DNA of 64,000 nucleotides, taken from a virus. Its lineage: Duplodnaviria > Heunggongvirae > Uroviricota > Caudoviricetes. The number at the start of each line of letters is the position of its first letter. Position 1 is the first letter of the stretch. This document shows positions 1 to 10,066 of the stretch, piece by piece. Both the position numbers and the translations under genes were made by a program. The notes beneath the pieces are model-generated. The model worked only from the letters and a program-made list of their open reading frames with translations. It searched no databases and was not told where the DNA came from. Location: the IMG/VR virus record IMGVR_UViG_2563366840_000001, one strand, 5' to 3'.

Positions 1-18
1 AAACCAACGTTTTAGTCT
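1..18. other. Partial cix-type inversion crossover site, truncated by the window edge
   Basis: AAACCAACGTTTT resembles the core of Hin/Gin/Cin crossover sites and lies just upstream of the invertase gene; the left half-site is outside the window. Confidence 0.3.
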
Positions 19-73
19 TAATCCCTACCTATACCAACGATGTATTTTTAACTAAACAAAGAGGTTGTTTTTC

Positions 74-646
74 ATGCAAATTGGCTACATTCGTGTGTCA
101 ACAAATGACCAAAACACAGATTTACAAAGAAATGCACTGAACTGCGCAGGATGTGAACTGATTTTTGAAGATAAAATAAGCGGAACAAAGTCAGCCAGAC
201 CAGGCTTGAAAAAGCTGCTCAGAACGTTATCAGAAGGAGATACGCTGGTTGTCTGGAAGCTGGATAGGCTTGGCAGAAGTATGAAACACCTTATCACGCT
301 TATAGAGGAGTTGCGGGAAAAAGGTGTTAATTTCCGTAGTCTGACAGACAGTATTGACACATCAACACCCATGGGGCGTTTCTTTTTTCATGTCATGGGT
401 GCTTTAGCAGAAATGGAACGTGAATTAATTGTTGAGAGAACACTGGCCGGACTGGCAGCTGCACGCGAACAGGGACGCATTGGCGGACGTCGCCCGAAGT
501 TGACAAAAGAACAACATGAGCAAATAGCGAGGTTGATCGAAAATGGCTACAGCAGGAAACAGTTGGCAATTATTTACGATATCGGTGTATCGACGATTTA
601 TCGTTATCATCCTGTAGAGAAGCGCCAAACTCAATCTGAGCTGTAA
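74..646 (+). CDS. cin: Serine DNA invertase, Cin/Gin/Hin family
   Basis: N-terminus MQIGYIRVSTNDQNTDLQRNAL with catalytic Ser motif and C-terminal HTH; ATG at 74 follows AGAGG SD (track ORF starts at upstream TTG 65). Confidence 0.92.
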   Translation: MQIGYIRVSTNDQNTDLQRNALNCAGCELIFEDKISGTKSARPGLKKLLRTLSEGDTLVVWKLDRLGRSMKHLITLIEELREKGVNFRSLTDSIDTSTPMGRFFFHVMGALAEMERELIVERTLAGLAAAREQGRIGGRRPKLTKEQHEQIARLIENGYSRKQLAIIYDIGVSTIYRYHPVEKRQTQSEL

Positions 647-1081
647 TTCTAATGCCGCGTCGGTGTAATTTATCTTGATAGAATAGGTACATTTATCGCG
701 CGGCACATCAATTCGATGTATCTAGCGCCTGCTGACCGCTAATGAAAACTGTTCTCGAAATGTTGTCCCTAGTCCGAGACTAGGGTATCACCTCTGGAAA
801 GCATACGCAGAACCTTTTTTAACCCAGGGTGCCCAGCTTTTTTGCTGCTCGCCTTATTCGCAAAAATTAGCTCACATCCTGCGCTTTCAAGTGCTTTTCA
901 CTGCATAGCTGTGTTTTGTTCATTTGTCTATATGCGTACATAGCCTATTAGCATATTTTCTGCCCACTATCGTTATTTATTGCAAGCTACAGGTTTTAAT
1001 TAACAAAACCAGTGTGTGTGGAAATCACAAAGTGCATACCGTTCTCAAATGTTGTTCAACTTACTGTTGTATAGGTAAAAA

Positions 1082-1345
1082 ATGACATTTTATGTACATA
1101 TCGTGATGTTATCCCTTCTTGGTGGGGTGTATTCGTATTTGAGTGGGCTATGTGAAAACCGTTACGAGTCTTCATGCAAGAAATTGCTGGCCGAATGTAT
1201 TTCCGCCGTACTTGCTGGCTTTATTGGCATGTATCTCGCGGAATATAAGGACATGAATGAAAGCCTTCAGAGCTGCATGGTTCTTATTTTCAGCGCCAAT
1301 AGCAGGCTTATTATTGAAGGTTCCAAAAGTCGGTTGAATAGGTAA
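1082..1345 (+). CDS. Hypothetical small membrane protein
   Basis: 87-aa ORF with hydrophobic segments between cin and lydA; weak SD. Confidence 0.35.
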   Translation: MTFYVHIVMLSLLGGVYSYLSGLCENRYESSCKKLLAECISAVLAGFIGMYLAEYKDMNESLQSCMVLIFSANSRLIIEGSKSRLNR

Positions 1346-1393
1346 GTCTCTTATGCAACATAACCGGTTGAGAAGTTACTTTGCATACCATTA

Positions 1394-1413
1394 CCTCCTG
1401 ACAACGTAGGAGG
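1394..1413 (+). promoter_or_regulatory. Hairpin sequestering the lydA Shine-Dalgarno sequence
   Basis: CCTCCT-gacaacgt-AGGAGG inverted repeat; AGGAGG sits 6 nt upstream of the GTG start at 1420. Confidence 0.45.
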
Positions 1414-1419
1414 GAACTT

Positions 1420-1749
1420 GTGCTTGACACACAGGAATTAGCTCCAGTTGCTATTGCGCTCCTGCTTTCAGTAATTGGTGGGATAGGCACGTTCCTGATG
1501 GATGTCCGAGACGGTCGCCAGTCTGGCAATTTGTTGGGATTGGTTACGGAGATCTTTGTTGCAGTGACAGCTGGCGCGGTGGCGTACCTATTGGGGCAAC
1601 ACGAGGGCTGGGAGTTATCAATTACGTACTTAATGGTAACGATAGCCAGCAATAACGGTCATGAGGTGATTTCAGGGATGAAACGAGTGAATATCGATAG
1701 CATTCTGAATGTTCTTACAAGTTTGGTGAAAAAGGGAGGCGGGAAATGA
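1420..1749 (+). CDS. lydA: Holin LydA (GTG start)
   Basis: 109-aa protein with transmembrane segments, first gene of the operon preceding lydB/hdf/darA as in P1. Confidence 0.7.
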   Translation: MLDTQELAPVAIALLLSVIGGIGTFLMDVRDGRQSGNLLGLVTEIFVAVTAGAVAYLLGQHEGWELSITYLMVTIASNNGHEVISGMKRVNIDSILNVLTSLVKKGGGK

Positions 1750-2189
1750 TTGGCTGGGGTGTATGCGTTCTTGCGTTAGCCTTAGCCGATCGCTATTTGC
1801 TAAAACGCAAGGACATCACGCATTTAGAACTTGGTGATGTGGAAATTAAACCGGGTTTCATCCGGGTGCCGTTCAAATACCGGTCTAAATTCCCGTTTTT
1901 GCGCGGCGCAACGGTCAGATATTGGATCCGCGATGTTCAGAAGCCGACGACAGTGATTGAAGGCGAACAACGTTGTTTGACGTCGGCTGAACAGGGCGAA
2001 AACAGTGAATGGTTGTACATACCCACTGAATATATGGGTAAAGGAGAGCGACTGTGGCATTTCAACGTCATGGTTACGCATGGCGACTCGTTCATTAACC
2101 CGTTGTATCGGATTTTCCCTGTTACTCAGCAAATCCGCAGAAGTTACGTAATAAATCTCGCACAGGATGTGTCAGATGACGAAAAATAA
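1746..2189 (+). CDS. lydB: Antiholin LydB
   Basis: 147-aa ORF translationally coupled to lydA; position matches the P1 darA operon. Confidence 0.65.
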   Translation: MIGWGVCVLALALADRYLLKRKDITHLELGDVEIKPGFIRVPFKYRSKFPFLRGATVRYWIRDVQKPTTVIEGEQRCLTSAEQGENSEWLYIPTEYMGKGERLWHFNVMVTHGDSFINPLYRIFPVTQQIRRSYVINLAQDVSDDEK

Positions 2190-2778
2190 GTATGCAACGG
2201 TCGATTTTGACCAGGTTAATGAAAAGGGGCTGAAATCCCTTATCGCGGCGATCAATAAAACCGGTGTTACGGTAATTGAGGTTGACTCCAGCAACCGCGC
2301 AACAACGAAAGATGGCGTTAAAGTTAAAACCGCAAAGCTGGTTCTTAACGACGGACAAATTCTTGCCATACAGGTAAACGATACTGGCGATATATCGTCT
2401 GTGAGGCTGAATGGAAAAGCTATTCCTAACGCTCAGTCGCCGGATATCAAGACGCTTGGTACCGTCATGGGGCAAGCGGCCCGCAAAAACTCCGCAAAAT
2501 TCCAGAAATCACTGATCGCCAAAGCGAAACGTGTTGCCAATCCGGTAGACAAGAAACCGGCAGTAAAATCCAACTTTCAGCGCCTGCAAGAGGCAAAACA
2601 GCGGAATGCTCAGGTGGTTGCCGCTTATAAATCAGCGCAGAACTCGGTGTCTTTCAATCAACAGCAGATCACTGATTTGCGGGCGAAGCTGGATAAGGAG
2701 ACAGGCCGACTCAATAACGAAAAGGCCCGAAATGGCGAACTCAAACGCCGTCTTAAGCAACTGAAAGCAGGAAATTAA
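2167..2778 (+). CDS. hdf: Hdf, DarA-homologous antirestriction/capsid protein
   Basis: 203 aa; shares a KNSAKFQ-containing segment with the downstream DarA; directly precedes darA. Confidence 0.75.
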   Translation: MCQMTKNKYATVDFDQVNEKGLKSLIAAINKTGVTVIEVDSSNRATTKDGVKVKTAKLVLNDGQILAIQVNDTGDISSVRLNGKAIPNAQSPDIKTLGTVMGQAARKNSAKFQKSLIAKAKRVANPVDKKPAVKSNFQRLQEAKQRNAQVVAAYKSAQNSVSFNQQQITDLRAKLDKETGRLNNEKARNGELKRRLKQLKAGN

Positions 2779-2779
2779 C

Positions 2780-4699
2780 ATGGAACAGTTCAATATCAAT
2801 AAAGGGGTGACGATCAAGCCTGGGCTTGACGTGCTTCCCCCGCCAGTGACTGATGATGAATATCGCGCATTAATGGCCGGTGAGGACCGCTATCTGATGA
2901 CGGAATCCAACACCCTGGAGGAAATCGAGGCTACGTTCTTCTATGACACGCCGATCCACTGGTGTGCTACGGATTTACTGGAGGCGATTAGTTCTACTCG
3001 TTTGCAGTTACACCGGACCATGCAGGCATTTGTCCGGGCATTAAACCAGAAGCTGAATGGTACCGGAATCTCTGCGGGGAGTGATAAAACGGGGGATGTG
3101 GCCCAGAACGGTGCACGCGCGATCGGCGGGGCTGAAATTGGCCGGGCACGTAACGTTAACGGGCTGCCGGTCCTGCCAGCCATTATTCCGCTCAGTGATG
3201 GTCAGACTATCAGCATTCTGTTTCATAGCCCGACAGCGGAAAACCGGATCACCAATAGCGATACGCTGATTGCTTTCCAGTTCTTACTGAATAAAAAAGA
3301 CGTTACTCATACCGTTGCTCCGATGAGTGGACGTGATATGACGCTGGCGCAGGTCACCATGAAACTTGCCAACCTTGCAGAGAAAAACTCGGCAAAATTC
3401 CAGCGTGCGCAGAAGAAGAAAAAAGCCCTGGTTGATGAAATAACCCAACTACAGGCTGACAGTGACCAGAAAGAGGATGCCATGAGCGACCTCGCGGATC
3501 AGGTGGCAGCGGTAGAAGGGCAGAAGGTAGATCTGGAGCAGAAAATTAACGCTGTTGCATCGGAAGCGGATTCTCTTTATGAAGAGAATGAGCGTTTGCA
3601 GACGGAGATTGATCAGCTCAATCGAACTGGTGGGCGCGAAACCATTGCTCCTGCGGGGATGACTGGTGGACACTCTCGCGCGATGACGGATCGCCTTGCA
3701 AGTATCAAAAATCGTATGCATATGAACGGGGAAGTGACGCTCAGTAATGGTGCATCAATGAAGCAATTCATTGAGGACGGTGAAGGGTATATCCAGTTAA
3801 CCGATTCGGATGGCAGCGTGTACATGATCAAGGCTAAATCCATACAGGGTGTGGACATGGCAGATGCGATCGGCAAGCTGTTTAAAGCCTATAAAGCGGG
3901 TAATGTATCGGAATACCTGGTCCAACCAGAAGAACATAAACCGGAAAACGTCGAACCTGAACCAGCGGAGGATACCGGTAGCTCTTCGCCTGAACCAGAA
4001 GTCTCTGTAGGTGCATATCGATATGCCCTGCAAATGCGTCCGGCGGCCCCTGGCGCAATACCTGAAGGTAACAAAGCAATTCTGCCGCGCCCTGATGAAG
4101 GTGACCCGTATTATGAATATGCACGCTACGGCATTGCTACTTACGATACCCCGCTTTCTGATCAGCAAATGAGTGAGTACGACCTGAAGTTATTGCCTCG
4201 CGAGGATTCTTTCGACTTCTTGGCGAAGACACTTACTAATGGTCCGTTTGGCAAATATGCACAAAAAGCTCTGGAGCTGGCCACCAGCTCACCAGACGAG
4301 TTCCGCGTAATGCTGAAAACTCAGTTTCAAAAAACTTTCCCCAATATTGCGTATCCGGGGGGCGCTGGCACCGAAAAAATGGTGCAGAGCATGATCAATG
4401 CATTGCAGGCCGAAGTCGGTGAGATTACTCAGCCAGAACCTGCCCCGGCACAGCCTGATGAAACGGTTAGCGAAGCAGATGCAGAGGCTAATAAAGCCAT
4501 TGAATATCTCAATAACGTGATGGATATGCAAAGCACTGACATGGCGGAGATCCGTAACGCCCGGGGCAATGTCCGGGAAGCGATTGCAGCCCTTCAGGCT
4601 GCCGGGCGTTTTGAGGAAAACGAAGAGCTGGTTAATGGCGCTGCTCGCCACCTGGCTGATCTGCTGGTAGCAATCCAGAAAGCGGGGGTAGCGGCATGA
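2780..4699 (+). CDS. darA: DarA antirestriction capsid protein
   Basis: 639 aa, size and operon context as in P1 DarA; coiled-coil central region. Confidence 0.85.
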   Translation: MEQFNINKGVTIKPGLDVLPPPVTDDEYRALMAGEDRYLMTESNTLEEIEATFFYDTPIHWCATDLLEAISSTRLQLHRTMQAFVRALNQKLNGTGISAGSDKTGDVAQNGARAIGGAEIGRARNVNGLPVLPAIIPLSDGQTISILFHSPTAENRITNSDTLIAFQFLLNKKDVTHTVAPMSGRDMTLAQVTMKLANLAEKNSAKFQRAQKKKKALVDEITQLQADSDQKEDAMSDLADQVAAVEGQKVDLEQKINAVASEADSLYEENERLQTEIDQLNRTGGRETIAPAGMTGGHSRAMTDRLASIKNRMHMNGEVTLSNGASMKQFIEDGEGYIQLTDSDGSVYMIKAKSIQGVDMADAIGKLFKAYKAGNVSEYLVQPEEHKPENVEPEPAEDTGSSSPEPEVSVGAYRYALQMRPAAPGAIPEGNKAILPRPDEGDPYYEYARYGIATYDTPLSDQQMSEYDLKLLPREDSFDFLAKTLTNGPFGKYAQKALELATSSPDEFRVMLKTQFQKTFPNIAYPGGAGTEKMVQSMINALQAEVGEITQPEPAPAQPDETVSEADAEANKAIEYLNNVMDMQSTDMAEIRNARGNVREAIAALQAAGRFEENEELVNGAARHLADLLVAIQKAGVAA

Positions 4700-5061
4700 C
4701 ACTATCAGCTATTGAGTTAATGGATCTCAGCGATAAGTTGGATGCTCTGATGTCCAAAGCGGCTACCGCGAGTGGCATGGAGTTGCTGGATATCAGCGAT
4801 GAAATCGACCAGATCATGCAACAGATGGGGTACGGCGCGTCCGGCGGTGGTAGTGGCGAGGAAAAACAACCTTCGGAACATGATGGTGTGCCAAAACTGG
4901 TTGCTGATTTCCTGGCTGATAAATTCGTCGATCAGAGCACCGATGCATTTATCGGTACCTTGCAGGATTTGAGTCAATATGTTGGCACATACATCGACCT
5001 GGACCAGGTTAAACAGCACACGGCGGCATGGATAGCCGCCAACATTAAAGAGGCAGCATAA
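4696..5061 (+). CDS. ddrA: DdrA (Dar operon)
   Basis: 121-aa ORF overlapping the darA stop (ATGA coupling). Confidence 0.7.
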   Translation: MTLSAIELMDLSDKLDALMSKAATASGMELLDISDEIDQIMQQMGYGASGGGSGEEKQPSEHDGVPKLVADFLADKFVDQSTDAFIGTLQDLSQYVGTYIDLDQVKQHTAAWIAANIKEAA

Positions 5062-5073
5062 GGCGTAACAGGG

Positions 5074-8061
5074 ATGAGCTTAAGCGATCAGGTGGTAATG
5101 GCCACCAGCATAGAAACGCTGATCGAGCTGCTAAAGAACTTGCCCGATTATGGGCGGGTTTCGTATGTGGTGACAGCGAAGGGAGACGAGGTAAAAACAG
5201 CGTTTGATATCGTCGATGCCTCAGCTCTTTTGGTATCCAATACTCTGGATGGGAAAATTAATCCTGACTATCCCCAGGAACTTCAACCGCGCGACCGGAC
5301 CCGCGCATCCAGCCTTCTTCAGGTTAACCAGATATCCAAGGATTTGCGGCCTGCTCAGCTTACCGATTCCGGTCTATCCAGCCATGGCGCGCCGATAATT
5401 GGTGAGGACAATGCCGTTGAGTCAGGTAATGGACGGACCATGGGGATCATTAAAGCCTATCAGGACGGCAATGCGGATCGGTATCGTGAGTACCTGATTG
5501 ATCATGCGACCGAATTCGGCATACGACCTGAAAAGGTTGAATCAATGACGGCTCCGGTACTGGTGCGCCGCCGGTTAACTAAGGTTGACCGCGTTCAGTT
5601 TGCCAAGGACTCAAATATTTCTGATCTTCAGGAAATGGCAGCCAGTGAAAAGGCTTTTGTTGATGCCGACAGCATAACACCGGCGATGATGGCGCTTTTT
5701 AACCCGTCAGAAAGCGGAGATCTGCTTAGCCGCAGTAATGACACGTTTATTCGCGGATTTATGACGCAAGTTGGTGCCACACAGGCGGCTGGCCTTGTAA
5801 CTGAAGATGGGCGACCAACACGGCAACTTGTAGACCGTATACAAAACGCGATCTTTGCCAAGGCATATAAGGATGCGCGCCTGGTAAGGATGGTTGCAGA
5901 AGAACCTGATCCGGATATGCGTAATGTTCTGACGGCGCTTAATGCGGCAGCCAATGATTTTGTCCAGATGCAGGCTTTGTCAGGAGAAGCGCACAAGCAG
6001 GCTGTGACAACTATTGTTGATGGCATTGAGACAGCGGATAGCCTCGATAAAAAGGCGCTGGCGGCATTGAAAGATGCGGTAGACCTGGTAAGGCAATCGA
6101 AGGAGTCAGGCCAGCATATTACCGATGTTATTGCTCAGGGGGATATGTTCAGCGAAACGGCCCCGGAAGTGAAAGCACTCGCGTTGTTCATCGTCGCGAA
6201 TAACCGTAGCGCGAAGCGTATGGCCACCGCCTTTAAGTTGATGGCGCAACGTATCAATGATGAGTTACAGCACCAGGGCCAGGCGCTCGGGGATATGTTT
6301 GGCGGCGGCGATGTGTCGTTACAGGATATCCTTCGCCAGGTGTCTCAGGAACTGGAAAACGAAGGCATGCAAGGGATATCCGGCGGTCTTTTCGAGTCCG
6401 TTTCCGGCGGTAGTTACAACGGTGTTGCTCCATATACCAGCTTGCTATTACATCGGGCATCCGGCATCAAAGACATTATTCATCTGATCAGGCTGCTATC
6501 CCGCACCGATCCCCAGGATGAGCAGCTTGTACAAGTGCTTGCGCATTTTGTCCGAATGCCTGTTGCCGACGTAAAAAAATGGTGCCGATTATTCGGTATC
6601 AGCAATTCGTTACTTCGCGGATTGTTAAATCACGCATCCTCCCTTGGGCGCGACGGCTTTGATGAGATAGCGCAGGCGATAAAAAACGGAGATATGCCAC
6701 CAGCTATTGACTGGTTTTCCATTCGCCCAACCAGGGTGAAAGCATTCCTTAGCGCGGCGCATTCGGCATCACCATTGGCAGAAATGGTTCAGAGGTTGTC
6801 GCTCATATTCACAGACCATACCGCGTTGGGTGATCTGACTCTGGACGAGATGAAAGAAGCCTCCATTCAGTGGGCCGATCAACAAAATGAGGTTAACTCT
6901 GACTTCTTGCCAGCATTCAGGAAGGCCGTTAGTAAAGTGGATGATGCCCGTGGAATTCTGAAGGCATTTAAGGCATTGCAAAGTCGGGTTAATAAACATG
7001 TCGGTGATATCGATGGGGTAACGGCGGAAGGCAGGGATATCCTTAAAGAGCACGGCATAACGCCAGAGTTTATTGATGAGATCAGGACGGATATGCAGCG
7101 TGAGGTCGTATCGTCCCTGCAAATCGTAGCCAGAGCGTTGGCGGATGCTAATCCGAAGAGTGCGGCCATTGTTAACCGGGTTATTGGTGATATTGAAGCA
7201 TCGGAGGGCATGGGGGCGCTGAAACTCTTCCTTTCGCGAGCGTTTAATCCTAACGGCAATATTCTCCCCGGCATTATTTGTGAGGCTAAAAAGTATGTCA
7301 GCGAAGAAGAACTTGAGCATCTTGACCAACTACTTAAGCGATTCTCATATAACCCGCAGACACGCTGGCAAATGAATCAGCGAAGTATGGGTTCGGTCCA
7401 CGAGAAAGTGTTATCTGCCATGAACAGTGCGATCGCCAACTCATCCGTATCTGAAGAAAAAGCTCTTGAGTGGGCCGACTCTTTTATCACGGAAGAAGTG
7501 GAAGAAGCCCGCGCTGGACAGAATGGTGGGATAGACCTGCGCAAGGAACTTGCTGATATTTATCGCCTGACCGGCGGTAAAATTTCGACCTTATCAAAGG
7601 TGGTTCACCACCAGGGAAGGGCATATGCAAATCTAAATGGTGTTGTTGCTGTCAATTTGAACGATGAAAATGCAAGTGCACTGTGGCACGAGCTGGGTCA
7701 TCATCTTGAGTACAGTAACCCTGGTTTGTTAGAGAAAGCCCGGTCATTCCTGAAGGCCAATGTTGAAGGGGATAAGCCATCTTTCGTTAATATCGGTGGG
7801 CGTGGCAAGCCTGAATGGTGCTTCAGATCTCGATTGAGTAATATTTATATGGCGAAGGTATACCCGCCAGCCTCAGTAAGTAACACCGGGAAAATTCGGC
7901 AGAAATCACCGACTATTTCCAAAACGTCAGCAACGGAAGTATTCTCTATGGCTCTTCAGTTGTATCATGACAAAGAGGCCGCTGCCGCATCACTGATGAA
8001 TGGTGACGGATTGCTGGAACTGTTATTAGGTGTGGCAAAGGAGCTAAATAATGCAGATTAA
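5074..8061 (+). CDS. ddrB: DdrB, large Dar-operon capsid-associated protein
   Basis: 995-aa ORF following ddrA. Confidence 0.8.
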   Translation: MSLSDQVVMATSIETLIELLKNLPDYGRVSYVVTAKGDEVKTAFDIVDASALLVSNTLDGKINPDYPQELQPRDRTRASSLLQVNQISKDLRPAQLTDSGLSSHGAPIIGEDNAVESGNGRTMGIIKAYQDGNADRYREYLIDHATEFGIRPEKVESMTAPVLVRRRLTKVDRVQFAKDSNISDLQEMAASEKAFVDADSITPAMMALFNPSESGDLLSRSNDTFIRGFMTQVGATQAAGLVTEDGRPTRQLVDRIQNAIFAKAYKDARLVRMVAEEPDPDMRNVLTALNAAANDFVQMQALSGEAHKQAVTTIVDGIETADSLDKKALAALKDAVDLVRQSKESGQHITDVIAQGDMFSETAPEVKALALFIVANNRSAKRMATAFKLMAQRINDELQHQGQALGDMFGGGDVSLQDILRQVSQELENEGMQGISGGLFESVSGGSYNGVAPYTSLLLHRASGIKDIIHLIRLLSRTDPQDEQLVQVLAHFVRMPVADVKKWCRLFGISNSLLRGLLNHASSLGRDGFDEIAQAIKNGDMPPAIDWFSIRPTRVKAFLSAAHSASPLAEMVQRLSLIFTDHTALGDLTLDEMKEASIQWADQQNEVNSDFLPAFRKAVSKVDDARGILKAFKALQSRVNKHVGDIDGVTAEGRDILKEHGITPEFIDEIRTDMQREVVSSLQIVARALADANPKSAAIVNRVIGDIEASEGMGALKLFLSRAFNPNGNILPGIICEAKKYVSEEELEHLDQLLKRFSYNPQTRWQMNQRSMGSVHEKVLSAMNSAIANSSVSEEKALEWADSFITEEVEEARAGQNGGIDLRKELADIYRLTGGKISTLSKVVHHQGRAYANLNGVVAVNLNDENASALWHELGHHLEYSNPGLLEKARSFLKANVEGDKPSFVNIGGRGKPEWCFRSRLSNIYMAKVYPPASVSNTGKIRQKSPTISKTSATEVFSMALQLYHDKEAAAASLMNGDGLLELLLGVAKELNNAD

Positions 8062-8362
8062 AATCGCAGCGCCATTAGGCGGAGATGCCATTATCGAATT
8101 TGATGATAATGAAGAAGTTTCCGGGCGTTTAAGCATTATCTCCGGTGACATTACCGAGGACATGATCGCTGAAGCCATAGCTGGGGCAAATCCCAATAGC
8201 TATATGGGATTCGTTAACACCCTTGATGCTCCCGCAAGTGATGTTCTCCGAACGCTACATCTTTACGCTGGCTGGTTTGTTGATTGGCCAGCAGTAGATG
8301 GTGGCGATGAGGACGACGACGACGATGATTTTGGTGATCATGTAGACCAGATCGTATATTGA
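8051..8362 (+). CDS. Small highly acidic protein ending the Dar operon
   Basis: 103 aa, D/E-rich with a C-terminal DEDDDDDD run; overlaps the ddrB stop. Confidence 0.6.
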   Translation: MQIKIAAPLGGDAIIEFDDNEEVSGRLSIISGDITEDMIAEAIAGANPNSYMGFVNTLDAPASDVLRTLHLYAGWFVDWPAVDGGDEDDDDDDFGDHVDQIVY

Positions 8363-8365
8363 AGA

Positions 8366-8393
8366 AATCCCGCCAATCGGCGGGATTTTTTTT
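8366..8393. terminator. Rho-independent terminator (bidirectional) between convergent operons
   Basis: AATCCCGCC-aatc-GGCGGGATT stem followed by T8; A-run on the other side. Confidence 0.8.
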
Positions 8394-9180
8394 AATCGCT
8401 TTCCACTTCTTCCGTGGTGTTTTCTTGCAGTTCTGTTAATGCAGCACGACATAGGTTCCGGGCATTGGCTATAGCTACACTTTTGACTTCATCTGTCATC
8501 GTGCAGGTAATGTACTGATCGAGTTCTTCAGCGCGGATGATGCTTTTGCCAATCAGAAACTGTATTTGCCAGAGCAGATCGGCATCCATAATCAGAATTT
8601 CTGCCGGGCCTTCAGGGCCAGCCGGGAAGGAAACATAAGACTGTTTGCCCAGGCCGATAACTCGACAACTTGCTTCAAGAATTGCGCGATTGAGGTCTGA
8701 CTTTGTAACTGAAACAGGTTGATTTTCACCTGCGATTACGCCGTTGACATGGATGTGGAATGGCATGTAGCTTGAAATTCGCTCTACTTTCCATACGCCA
8801 GCAAGCGATCCTTCATGCAGCACAATGGGGGTAACCGCGAGTTTCATCTCACCATATAACTGCTGGCAGATGGCTGGATTGCTGAATACATCCAAAGGTT
8901 CACACTCAAACAGCGGCGCAATCTGCATGAGGTCCATCATGGTCATACCAGGGGTACGAGCAGTAATGAATCTGCGCATGCCAGTATCCATTGTGCGCCA
9001 GATAGCTACACCATGCTTTTTGCTCACTTCTTCAGTAAAGCCAAGGTGGCACATGATGGTTTTTTCGATAGCCAGATCAGAGATAGAAACCTTTTCGCCA
9101 GGTACACCATCATTATTGATGGCCACTTCGACACTCTGGCCATTACGCAGGCGGTATTGAATTGCTTTAGTATTTTCCAC
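8392..9180 (-). CDS. Hypothetical protein in the ssb operon
   Basis: 262-aa ORF directly downstream of the DUF2829 gene on the minus strand. Confidence 0.6.
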   Translation of the reverse strand: MENTKAIQYRLRNGQSVEVAINNDGVPGEKVSISDLAIEKTIMCHLGFTEEVSKKHGVAIWRTMDTGMRRFITARTPGMTMMDLMQIAPLFECEPLDVFSNPAICQQLYGEMKLAVTPIVLHEGSLAGVWKVERISSYMPFHIHVNGVIAGENQPVSVTKSDLNRAILEASCRVIGLGKQSYVSFPAGPEGPAEILIMDADLLWQIQFLIGKSIIRAEELDQYITCTMTDEVKSVAIANARNLCRAALTELQENTTEEVESD

Positions 9181-9186
9181 GTTAAA

Positions 9187-9864
9187 TCACTCCACTACAA
9201 ACCAGTCACATGCCAGTAAGTCGCCTACAGAAGGCACCCACGGAACAACTACACCTTGTGCATTTTTTAAGGCGAAATAAGCACCATACGGAACGAGGTC
9301 GCCGGGGAAATATCCCTTAATGGCTTCCATTCGTGCCGGGTACTGTCCTTCAGGAACCAGCCAGCAGAATTGGTTTTCGCCGTTCCACCCGCGTCGAGCA
9401 ACTTTCTTGCCATCCTTCAGCCACATCAGCGCGTCAGAAAAGTCGGCTGCTTCAAGGTCGATTTCTTCTTGTGTGGTAATGATGCCACTGGCAGCAATAG
9501 TTACGTCCCTGGCTGTAATGAATGTCACCCCATTGTGACCTTCAATACTGAGCGATACCCCATTTTCGAAGAAGTCGTTAGTCCGACTAAAGCCTTCTTC
9601 AAATGTTTTTTCTGGTGAATAGGACAGAGATCCGTCCTCATAAGCGACCAGATATCCGCCAATTTCTGGTCGGTGTTTTTGCAAAAACATTTTATCAACA
9701 TGGACTTTTACCCCTTCTGGCTCAACGACTTCGATGTTGCAAAAAAGGACCACATCCATTAGGGCGATAATTTCGATATCTTTGATTTTTGAGGCGCGAA
9801 CTGTTTTATGGCTTTTGTATTTTGGAAGTGCCGTCAAAAGCTCTTTCGTTGTCATGTTATTCAT
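9187..9864 (-). CDS. DUF2829 (Tad2-like) domain protein
   Basis: C-terminus ARRGWNGENQF...WVPSVGDLLACDWFVVE matches the DUF2829 signature; ATG at 9864 has an AGGAAAG SD; the track ORF extends to 10032 via a basic low-complexity N-terminus. Confidence 0.6.
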   Translation of the reverse strand: MNNMTTKELLTALPKYKSHKTVRASKIKDIEIIALMDVVLFCNIEVVEPEGVKVHVDKMFLQKHRPEIGGYLVAYEDGSLSYSPEKTFEEGFSRTNDFFENGVSLSIEGHNGVTFITARDVTIAASGIITTQEEIDLEAADFSDALMWLKDGKKVARRGWNGENQFCWLVPEGQYPARMEAIKGYFPGDLVPYGAYFALKNAQGVVVPWVPSVGDLLACDWFVVE

Positions 9865-10066
9865 AGTCTTTCCTCTGCTTAAAACCTGATGTATTGCGCC
9901 TTCAGGTGGGTCAGGAATGTTTTCCCACCAGCGAAAGCAATATCTCGGGGTGTTCTTTTCGTGAAAAGCGCGTGCCATTGCCAACTTTGGCGTTTTTTTG
10001 CGAGTTCGTGCTTTTGTCGGCGTCTTGACCACCGCTTTTCTTTCAGTCGTTTTTTACTCATAAACT

